From Chloroflexota bacterium (GTDB lineage: Bacteria > Chloroflexota > UBA11872), in the NCBI GenBank assembly GCA_965219705.1, contig OZ244789.1, positions 1,526,718 through 1,590,717 on the forward strand: a stretch of DNA of 64,000 nucleotides, given 5' to 3'. Below are positions 19,782 through 27,522 of this stretch, piece after piece. Both the position numbers and the translations under genes were made by a program. Below the pieces are notes generated by a model. That model saw only the letters and a list, made by a program, of their open reading frames with translations, was not told where the DNA came from and searched no databases. Each line of letters opens with the position of its first letter. Position 1 is the stretch's first letter.

Positions 19782-20534
19782 ATGGCGGACGACACCATTG
19801 CCCTTGAACTTGAGGGCTCGGGCTTTCTACTGGACGACTTGGATGCGATCCAGCATTTCCGCGGCTTGCTGCGCGAACTGGCGGTTGAGGCGGCGGGCGG
19901 CGCCGCGATCACCTGGGAACTGCGCCGCTTCGGGACCGGCAGCCTCGTCGCCGAGGTGCAGGGAATTGCCGAAGACCAAGACGCCGTGCACCGGGTCGCC
20001 GCTGCCTATGACTGCGTTGGGGCTGCCCTAGCCGTCGGCGATCCCGTCCCGTACTCGGACGCCGTCAGTGCGCACGCCGACGGGCTGACCAGCATGATCG
20101 ATGGACGCGTCGAATTCCTCCGCTTTCGAACCGGTGGGCGCGTCCGCGAAGTTCGCCATGCATCGACGACAGCGCTAGGGAAGCCGCTCCCACGTCTCGA
20201 GTCGTTCGGTGCCATCGAAGGTGTGGTGGAAACTTTGGCTCGGCGTCCCGGGACGCGATTTGTGGTGTATCCCGACGGCGAAGTGGGCGGCGTTTCCTGC
20301 TACGTCACGGCCGAGAATGAGGCGAGAATGCCGGAGTTCTGGGGAAAGCGTGTCCGGGTCGAAGGTCTTCTGCGGAGAGACAGAGAGACGGATATGCCCC
20401 TGTCCATCCGCGACGTGACCTATATCGAGATCGTCAAGTCGCCGGTCGAAGAAACCGAGGATCTGTGGGGCGTCCTTTCTGCGGCCAGCCGGAAACCTGA
20501 GGAAATCATGCGGGCGGAATGGGATGGCAGCTAG
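19782..20534 (+). CDS. Hypothetical protein, candidate antitoxin partner of the PIN toxin
   Basis: 250-aa ORF overlapping the PIN gene; C-terminal DLWGVL...EEIMRAEWD resembles VapB-type tails (inference). Confidence 0.7.
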   Translation: MADDTIALELEGSGFLLDDLDAIQHFRGLLRELAVEAAGGAAITWELRRFGTGSLVAEVQGIAEDQDAVHRVAAAYDCVGAALAVGDPVPYSDAVSAHADGLTSMIDGRVEFLRFRTGGRVREVRHASTTALGKPLPRLESFGAIEGVVETLARRPGTRFVVYPDGEVGGVSCYVTAENEARMPEFWGKRVRVEGLLRRDRETDMPLSIRDVTYIEIVKSPVEETEDLWGVLSAASRKPEEIMRAEWDGS

Positions 20535-21018
20535 CCGCCCGCTTGTGTACTGGGACGCGTGCTGTTTCCTGTCCTATCTCAGCGGTGACCCGTCCCGATT
20601 GGTGTTGCGAACACTCATGGAGGACGCGAAGGCGGGGGGGATTCTGATCGTTACGTCTGCAATCTCCATCGCAGAAGTTGCCTACCTTGCGCCGGAAGGG
20701 CTGGGCCGGCCTCTCGATCAGGCAATCGAAGCCAAGATTGAGAGGATGTGGCGCTGGGTTCAAGCGATCCGCATCGTGGACACGCATGCTGGAATTGGCC
20801 GACGAGCTCGCGACTTGCTGCGGCACGCGCTGGTGCACGGTTGGGAACGAAATGCCCGCGATGCGATTCATCTGGCGTCGGCGCAACATGCCGGTGCGGT
20901 GACAGTCCATACCTACGACGCGAAGTGGGATCGCTTTTCACAGCTCATCGGGAGGACTGTGGAGCTTCCCAACTCCCTGTACGTGACGCAAGCTGGGCCG
21001 GGAACAGGCACGAGCTAG
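20524..21018 (+). CDS. PIN domain (VapC-like) nuclease
   Basis: YWDACCFL, SAISIAE, RDAIHLASA, TYD. Confidence 0.9.
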   Translation: MAASRPLVYWDACCFLSYLSGDPSRLVLRTLMEDAKAGGILIVTSAISIAEVAYLAPEGLGRPLDQAIEAKIERMWRWVQAIRIVDTHAGIGRRARDLLRHALVHGWERNARDAIHLASAQHAGAVTVHTYDAKWDRFSQLIGRTVELPNSLYVTQAGPGTGTS

Positions 21019-21026
21019 CGGCAGCC

Positions 21027-21085
21027 CAGCCCGGCCAACCTCAATACGTAACCGCGGTTGGCTCCCCGGGAAAGCCCGCGGGCGG
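21027..21085 (+). repeat. Second copy of the 59-bp direct repeat
   Basis: Identical to 19554-19612; contains the PhyH stop codon. Confidence 0.97.
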
Positions 21086-21877
21086 CGCGTTGCGGTTTCC
21101 GGGCAGGGGCCAGCCCTGGCCGCCCATGGTCCGGTATTCGCCGGACTTGCCGCAGAGCCAGAAGAACATTTCGGCAGCGTCCAGGCATTCCTGGAATTGT
21201 TGCCGCGGTCCTGGGACGGCGAACGTGTAGTCGGCCAGAGCGAAGTCGAAGTCCGGCTCCACGATCCAGTCGCGGGCCGGCGGCGAGGTGCGCCAGTAGT
21301 TGTACTTGAGGAGATTGCGAACCCCCCGCGCCGTCGACGCGGACCGCCGGTGCCAGATCGAGTAGACGGTGAGGAAGATCGAGCCGGCGGATGCGGCCGT
21401 CTTGACGCTGTGCCGCATGTTGCCGTAGTGCCCCATGAAGCTGGCGTGCTGGAACTGGTAGTGGGAGCCCGGCAGCACCTCGGTCGGCCCCATCTCGGGT
21501 GTGCAGGCCTCGGGGTAGTAGAAGACTTGCAGGTAGTGGAGATCGGGTCCATAGCGTGATTGGCCGTCGCGGTGCCAATGCTGCGCCGGCTGGGGCATGT
21601 GGACGCGGTGGTTGCTCATCAGGACGGGCGTGGTGAACCCCGCCCCCAGCAGTGAGCGGATGGCGCCGGCGGCCGCGGGGTTGAGCGTGACGTTCTCGAT
21701 GAACCAGTCCTCGGCCAGGATGTCGGTCGGCTCGTAGTAGGTGTCGTTGTCGAGGAAGGCCACCGACCGCTGATTGATCTCCTCCGGCACCACGCCGTCG
21801 AGCAGGAGATAGCCGTTCTTGCAGAAATCGAGCACTTCGGTGTCGGTCAACGTCGGCTGGATGTGGGAGGTGTCCAT
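21041..21877 (-). CDS. Phytanoyl-CoA dioxygenase (PhyH) family Fe/2OG enzyme
   Basis: GYLLL, WHRDG, GPTEVLPGSH, distal WH. Confidence 0.9.
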   Translation of the reverse strand: MDTSHIQPTLTDTEVLDFCKNGYLLLDGVVPEEINQRSVAFLDNDTYYEPTDILAEDWFIENVTLNPAAAGAIRSLLGAGFTTPVLMSNHRVHMPQPAQHWHRDGQSRYGPDLHYLQVFYYPEACTPEMGPTEVLPGSHYQFQHASFMGHYGNMRHSVKTAASAGSIFLTVYSIWHRRSASTARGVRNLLKYNYWRTSPPARDWIVEPDFDFALADYTFAVPGPRQQFQECLDAAEMFFWLCGKSGEYRTMGGQGWPLPGNRNAPPAGFPGEPTAVTY

Positions 21878-22251
21878 CAGGCGCTCCGAATCTTCTCGAG
21901 CACGAAGTCAGCGCCGTAGGCGTAGGTGCGCGACTCGTCGAGCAACAGGGCGAGGTTGGGAAAGTCGATGATGCGCCAGCCGTCGCGGATGGCGTCCAGG
22001 ACCGACTGATAGGGCCAGTCGTCGGGATTGTCCGGGCCGTCGGACAGCTCGCCGTCACGGACCATGCGCATGCCGATCACCTGGGAATTCAAATCGGTGC
22101 CGGCGGCTTGCAGGTACAGCAGGTCCTGCCGCGCCCGGCCCGCGGCCGCCACCTCGTCCCGAATGGCCGCGAGCGTGGACTCCTGCAACGTTCCGGCGCG
22201 TAGCTCGGCAATGGCCTGATCGAGCTTCGAAGCGATGGCTTCAAGCGACAT
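21877..22251 (-). CDS. Hypothetical 124-aa protein coupled to the PhyH gene
   Basis: ATG after GGGAG; the stop overlaps the PhyH start; PYQSVLDAIRDGWRIIDFP. Confidence 0.75.
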   Translation of the reverse strand: MSLEAIASKLDQAIAELRAGTLQESTLAAIRDEVAAAGRARQDLLYLQAAGTDLNSQVIGMRMVRDGELSDGPDNPDDWPYQSVLDAIRDGWRIIDFPNLALLLDESRTYAYGADFVLEKIRSA

Positions 22252-22279
22252 CGCGATCTCCCGGGAGCTTGTCGTCGAA

Positions 22280-24034
22280 TTATCCCCCAAACGGTACGGG
22301 TTCGGGCAATTGCGCCGCGGCGGGCACCAGCCCGGCTTCCTTGGCCAGATCGCCAGCGAGCACGATGGTGATGTCGCCGGGGGCGGCATGCGGCACGTCC
22401 ACTTTCCAGAGCTGGAACGCGACGCGCTGGCCGCGCACCACGACGACCGAGTCCAGCTCGTGCACGCCCATCGGCAGGCCGTAGCGCGTGATCCAATCCG
22501 GCACGGCGCGGAACCGCGTCAGCAGGGCCGGATACGGCTCCAGGATCGCGAGATGCCGCGCCAAAATCTCGCTCCACGCCAGGCCCTGGTCACCAACCCA
22601 CTCGCGGCTGAGCGGAATCTGCCGGTAGGCATCCAGCCAGGCATCGAATCCGGCGGCGCTGAGCGAGTCGAACACGTTGGCCAGCCGCACCTCGCCCGTC
22701 GCCGGATCGCGCTGCAAGAGACTCGCCTGCGTGGCCTGATAGAGGAATCCGCCACGCTTGAACCGGCGGGAGGCGGGATAACCCAGCGCCTCGACGCCGC
22801 CGAAGTCTTGAAACGCCGTCCAAAACGCGGCGTCGGCGTCGTCGACGATGGCGAAGCCACCCCGCCCGCTGCCGGCCTGGGTGTAGAAGCGGCCGCCCGG
22901 CACCGCGACCTCGGGCGGCGCGTCGGGGAACACGATGCGGCTGATCGAGCGGGCGTCGCTGAGGTACAGCGCGCCGTCCGGGCCAGGCGTGACGTCGGTC
23001 TGACACGGGACGCCGTCCCAGGATTCGATCGCGGTCAGCTCGCGATAGGTTGGGTCGGTGGCCTCGAAGCGCATGAGCTCGCCGGTATTCCAGGCACACA
23101 TGAACAGGCTGCCGCGATGGAAGGCAATGCCCGTGGGTGCGATCGTGTCGCTGAAGCGCCACAGCGGGGCTGTGAACCCGTCGTGCGGATCGTTACATAA
23201 CACCAAGGGCCGCCAGCCGTAGTTGGCGCCGCGCTCGATGCGGTTGACCTCGTCATCGCATTCCGGGCCGTTTTCGGTGGCGAAGATCTCGCCCGTGCCG
23301 GGGTGGAACGTGAAGTCGAAGCTGTTGCGCAGCCCCAGCGCCCAGATGCGGTCGTCGTTGCCCGACGCGGGGTTGCCGTCGTCGTAGAACGGGTTGTCGG
23401 AAGGCGCGCGTCCGTCCGCCGCGTCGAGGCGCAGGATCTTCCCCAGCGGCGTGTCGAGCCGCGGCGCCAAGCTTGGGTCGCTGTTCTCGCCGAGGGTGAC
23501 GTACAGGTAGCCGTCGGGGCCGAAGTGCAGGTTACCGCCGTTGTGGAAGGCAAAGCCGGTGGGGTTGGGTTCGTCCAGCAGAATGGTGGGCTCGACGCCG
23601 CGGCCGCCGACCTCACGCACGCGCACGATGCGATGCCCGGCCGTGTCGGCGCGGGTGTAGTAGACGTAGACGTAGCCGTTGTCCGCGAAGTTCGGGTCTA
23701 CGGCCACGCCGATCAATCCGCGCTCAAAAAGATCGTCCACCTCGAATACGGCAAACGGCTCGTCGCGCAGCTGCCCGTTCTCCACCACGCGCAATGCCCC
23801 GGACTTTTCGGTGTAGAGCAGCCGGCCATCGGGGGTCCACGCCAGCGCCACCGGGAAATTGGCCGCCGCCACCACCGGCTCGACGCGGAAGTGCTCGGGC
23901 AACTCCACCGCGCGCGTCGGCGCCGCGCCGCCCAGCACGACGCCAACGGCGAGGGCCGCAACGATGAGCGCGCGGCCCGCACGCCCAAACGGCGCGCGCG
24001 TCGACAGTGCTGTTGGTACGGAAAGCCAAGACAT
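22280..24034 (-). CDS. Secreted PQQ-dependent glucose/sorbosone dehydrogenase with C-terminal 'GYP' surface domain
   Basis: ERGLIG, HNGGNLHFGPDGYLY, GKILR, GLRNSF, DEVNRIERGANYGW; signal peptide. Confidence 0.9.
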   Translation of the reverse strand: MSWLSVPTALSTRAPFGRAGRALIVAALAVGVVLGGAAPTRAVELPEHFRVEPVVAAANFPVALAWTPDGRLLYTEKSGALRVVENGQLRDEPFAVFEVDDLFERGLIGVAVDPNFADNGYVYVYYTRADTAGHRIVRVREVGGRGVEPTILLDEPNPTGFAFHNGGNLHFGPDGYLYVTLGENSDPSLAPRLDTPLGKILRLDAADGRAPSDNPFYDDGNPASGNDDRIWALGLRNSFDFTFHPGTGEIFATENGPECDDEVNRIERGANYGWRPLVLCNDPHDGFTAPLWRFSDTIAPTGIAFHRGSLFMCAWNTGELMRFEATDPTYRELTAIESWDGVPCQTDVTPGPDGALYLSDARSISRIVFPDAPPEVAVPGGRFYTQAGSGRGGFAIVDDADAAFWTAFQDFGGVEALGYPASRRFKRGGFLYQATQASLLQRDPATGEVRLANVFDSLSAAGFDAWLDAYRQIPLSREWVGDQGLAWSEILARHLAILEPYPALLTRFRAVPDWITRYGLPMGVHELDSVVVVRGQRVAFQLWKVDVPHAAPGDITIVLAGDLAKEAGLVPAAAQLPEPVPFGG

Positions 24035-24204
24035 TGGGGCGGATGCTAGCACCGGCGACCCGCGTCGCGGGCACGCTCCGCTGTGTGGGTTGTGGGGCGC
24101 CCGGAGCAACGTCGCGGGTACCGGAAGTGGGTGGCCGATTCCGACGCGGGTGGCATTTCGCGGTATGGCATTCTCCGAGCGCTTGCCCGCCAACCGGATT
24201 GCCG

Positions 24205-25731
24205 GTGTCTCGCCGCGTGCTGCGATCGCCCCTGTTTGTTCCCGCGGTCCTGATGGCCGGCGCGCTGACCGCGTTCTACGGCCTCAGCGCCGTCCCCAAG
24301 GTTGCCGGGGGCGACTGGGGCCAGTTCCAGACCTTTGGCTACCTCGGTGGGATTCCGCACGCGCCGGGCTATCCGTTGCTGACCGGCAGCATTCACCTCG
24401 CCACCCGCATCACGGGATTTGCCGAGCCGGCCCATGTGGCGAACGTCGTCAACGCATGTTTTGCAGTCGCCGCGGGGGTGGTGCTGTTTGTGCTGACCGC
24501 CGTGCTCGCTGGCTCGCGTCTCGCCGGCTTGCTGGCCACGGTCGTCTTCACGACCGGATTCAGCATCTGGGCGCAGGCCACGCAGGCCGGGACGATGAGC
24601 CTGCAAACGCTGATCGTCGTCGTGCTCATCGGCGCCTTGGTCGCCTACGACGACAAACCGTCGGTGGCGCGGCTGGCCGCGGTGGGGTTTTCGACGGGGC
24701 TCTCGCTGACCAACCACGGTGTCAGCGTTTTCATGCTGCCCGCCACGGTCGCCTTCGTCGCCAGCCGGCGCTTTGAGGGCATCGCCCGGCCGCGGACGCT
24801 GGCGGCAGCTCTGGGAGCCGTCGGCCTTGGGCTGCTTCCGTGGCTCTATGTGGTGCGAGGGTTGTTTACCCCTATGCCCAGGGGGCTTCCCGAACACCGC
24901 GCGCTCCTGACCCTGGAGGATCTCGTGCGCTTGGTCCTCGATCAGCCGCTCACCCTTGTGGGCGACGTCGGGACGATCACCAAACCCATCGACACCGGGG
25001 GCCTGACGTTCTTGGACAAGTGGCCCCTGCTAGCGAACGACATGCTGCGCGAGCTTGGGTGGGGTTGGCTGGCGCTGGCGGTGCTGGGGTGGGTGGTGCT
25101 GGCCCGCCAGCGCGCGCGCCTCGCCGCCTGGCTCGCCTGGACCGGTCTGACAACGATCTGGTTCATCCTGGCCTCAACGCCGATCTTCGACAGCGCGCGG
25201 TACTTTGCGGTGGTTTATGCCCTGCTCGCGGTTTGTCTGGCGATGGCCGTCGGTTGGCTGCTGCGATGGGTCGAACCGACCGTCCGGCGCTTCGCGCCGA
25301 CTTGCGTACGCTACGCCGCGCTTGCGGCCGGATTTGTCGTGGTGCTTGTCGCCGGCCTGCGGATACAGCAGCAATTCACCGGCCCGGCGCGCAGCAGTGT
25401 CGTGGAGCTTCGCCAAGATGCCGAGGAACAAGCCACCGTCGGCCTGGGCATCATGCGGCAGATGGCGCCCGGCAGCGTCTATATGACGAACTGGACCTCG
25501 TCTTGGTACTCGCGATACGCCGCGGTCCGAGAGGGTGACCGCGGCATTCGCATCCAAACGACGGACTACTGGACTATGGGCTTCGAGCAGGCGGCTGACA
25601 TCCTGGCGAGCGGTCGGCGGCTCTATCTGCAGCGCTCGACGCCGGAATACGAGGCCGCCTTCAACGTGGTGCCGCGGTGGGGTGTGGTCTACGAGGTGTT
25701 GCCCGCCTCGCCGTCCAAGCGCGGAGCCTGA
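24205..25731 (+). CDS. DUF2723/TMEM260-like GT-C glycosyltransferase
   Basis: GDWGQFQ...GIPHAPGYPL, WAQAT, LTNH; multi-TM; start inferred. Confidence 0.82.
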   Translation: MSRRVLRSPLFVPAVLMAGALTAFYGLSAVPKVAGGDWGQFQTFGYLGGIPHAPGYPLLTGSIHLATRITGFAEPAHVANVVNACFAVAAGVVLFVLTAVLAGSRLAGLLATVVFTTGFSIWAQATQAGTMSLQTLIVVVLIGALVAYDDKPSVARLAAVGFSTGLSLTNHGVSVFMLPATVAFVASRRFEGIARPRTLAAALGAVGLGLLPWLYVVRGLFTPMPRGLPEHRALLTLEDLVRLVLDQPLTLVGDVGTITKPIDTGGLTFLDKWPLLANDMLRELGWGWLALAVLGWVVLARQRARLAAWLAWTGLTTIWFILASTPIFDSARYFAVVYALLAVCLAMAVGWLLRWVEPTVRRFAPTCVRYAALAAGFVVVLVAGLRIQQQFTGPARSSVVELRQDAEEQATVGLGIMRQMAPGSVYMTNWTSSWYSRYAAVREGDRGIRIQTTDYWTMGFEQAADILASGRRLYLQRSTPEYEAAFNVVPRWGVVYEVLPASPSKRGA

Positions 25732-25789
25732 GGGGCGCCGCCAGTGTTACCCGGACGGAGCACACGCTAGAAGTGCCAAGGGCGATCGA

Positions 25790-26251
25790 CTAGAAACTTC
25801 CACCAAGCTGTTGGAGCGCTTCGGGCAGCGTGATGCACGGCACTTTGTGGTACCGGCAGATTCCGGGCATCGATCGATCCCAACGCTTGGTTGGAATGCC
25901 CGAGAACGTCCGGCCTTCATACGTTACAACGGTCAACCCCCGGGCCTTGGCTTCGGCAATGACCCACGGGTCGGCTCTATCGCGAACGGCAGGATTCGGA
26001 AATGACGCATACAGTTCAGCTGCCAGTTGCTGTACCTCGGGAATCGGATCAACAAAGCTTCCAACCCTCTGCTTGGACCACTTGTGTACGTCATCATCTT
26101 TCTCTTTGATCTCGTTATATACTGCTCGCGGGCTAATGATGTGACCGCAGTCGAGACTCTCGGCTATGAGATCCCACACACTAGGAAATATCGAAGGCGG
26201 ATAGTGATCACGCCAGCCGTTAATATACGCGCTTGTGTCGAAGACAAGCAA
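25790..26251 (-). CDS. DUF4411 PIN-like nuclease
   Basis: FDTSAYI, YPPSIFPSVW, ADPWVIA, VVTYE, PGIC. Confidence 0.88.
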   Translation of the reverse strand: MLVFDTSAYINGWRDHYPPSIFPSVWDLIAESLDCGHIISPRAVYNEIKEKDDDVHKWSKQRVGSFVDPIPEVQQLAAELYASFPNPAVRDRADPWVIAEAKARGLTVVTYEGRTFSGIPTKRWDRSMPGICRYHKVPCITLPEALQQLGGSF

Positions 26252-26256
26252 GATGC

Positions 26257-27393
26257 CTAAGCGCCGGCCCGCTCGGACGTGCGCTGGCGAAGCTTTGCGA
26301 AATTATTGACCTTAACGCCGAGTAGACCGGAGGCCGCCGGTGAGCTAATGGCCTGAACGTCGAGGGCTGAGAACACGAGATCGATAAACGCTGCCCCAAG
26401 GTTGCCAACAATGTTTGTGTAGTAGTTGCCTCCGCCAGATCGCTCGCTTGCACGCGCCGCTCGCTCGTCAAGAGCCTCGAGCACCTCGTCGACGGCGGCC
26501 TGGGTCGCGAGCCGGAGTCGAGCGATGCGGACTGCGGCCGCTCTTGGAGTGACACCGTACTGAAGCGCGATGTCGTCGACGGACTCAAGCAAGTCGTCGG
26601 TGGAATACTTGAAGTCTGCAGCGAAGGAGTTGCGCGGCATGAGGATGGTGCTCGCGAATTCATCAAGCCGCGCTTCTGCCACAGATAAGGATTCAAGCCC
26701 GGCACGGGCTCGAAAAAGATGTCCAAGCTCGTGAAGGACGGTGAAGGCACGTGATCGCGGATCATCCTTTGTGTTCACGACGATCATGGGCACCGTGTCA
26801 TGCATAGCCGCAAAGCCGCGCATCTTCTCCAGTCGCATAGAGCCGTCCTGCATGACCAAGACGCCAAGGCGTTCGACGGCCTGAATCCACGCCCACAACG
26901 GGGTATATCCATCTGGATCCTGCCACTCTCTCTGACGATCCAATTCCACGCCCAACATGGTCCGTGCCCGTGCGCCTAGCTCAGCCGGATGATCCGAGGC
27001 GCCGATCTCCAGGGATAGCCATGGCGATTCCTCATCCAAGAGGTCATAGAGTTCGGCCGCGGCGTCCTGCCGTTCACGAACAAGGCGCGCTAGGGTGAGC
27101 ATCTCGTATTCCCACGGCAGCCTCGGAGCACCAGGCAATTGGCGGAATTGGACTTCCGGCGGCTCCTCTGCGGGTGGCTTCTCCACAAACAGCGCGGCCA
27201 GCGGCCTTCGGTATGCGGACGCTGCCTTCTCAGCCTGTCTGAGCGTTAGGTACCCCTCGCCGGTCTCGGCGCGCTCGAGCTTTTGGACGCTGACGGAGAC
27301 CTTCCGGGCTGCCTCGTCGAGGGAAAGGCCCATCGACTCGCGCGCCCAGCGCAGCGTTTCCGGCGGGACTAGCGCCGGCGGTGATTGGGGCAT
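26257..27393 (-). CDS. XRE HTH plus ImmA/IrrE metallo-endopeptidase
   Basis: LRWARESMGLS HTH, FTVLHELGH; ATG at 27393. Confidence 0.92.
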   Translation of the reverse strand: MPQSPPALVPPETLRWARESMGLSLDEAARKVSVSVQKLERAETGEGYLTLRQAEKAASAYRRPLAALFVEKPPAEEPPEVQFRQLPGAPRLPWEYEMLTLARLVRERQDAAAELYDLLDEESPWLSLEIGASDHPAELGARARTMLGVELDRQREWQDPDGYTPLWAWIQAVERLGVLVMQDGSMRLEKMRGFAAMHDTVPMIVVNTKDDPRSRAFTVLHELGHLFRARAGLESLSVAEARLDEFASTILMPRNSFAADFKYSTDDLLESVDDIALQYGVTPRAAAVRIARLRLATQAAVDEVLEALDERAARASERSGGGNYYTNIVGNLGAAFIDLVFSALDVQAISSPAASGLLGVKVNNFAKLRQRTSERAGA

Positions 27394-27522
27394 GGCGAAT
27401 CGAGCGAGGCGGTCAACACTCTGCACTGTACCCCCGTGGTACGTAGAGCGGCGGTAATCCGCGTGCTCGACGCGCGGTTGGCGCCTGCGCATACTCAATC
27501 CCAACAGCACGGTCGACGGGAG

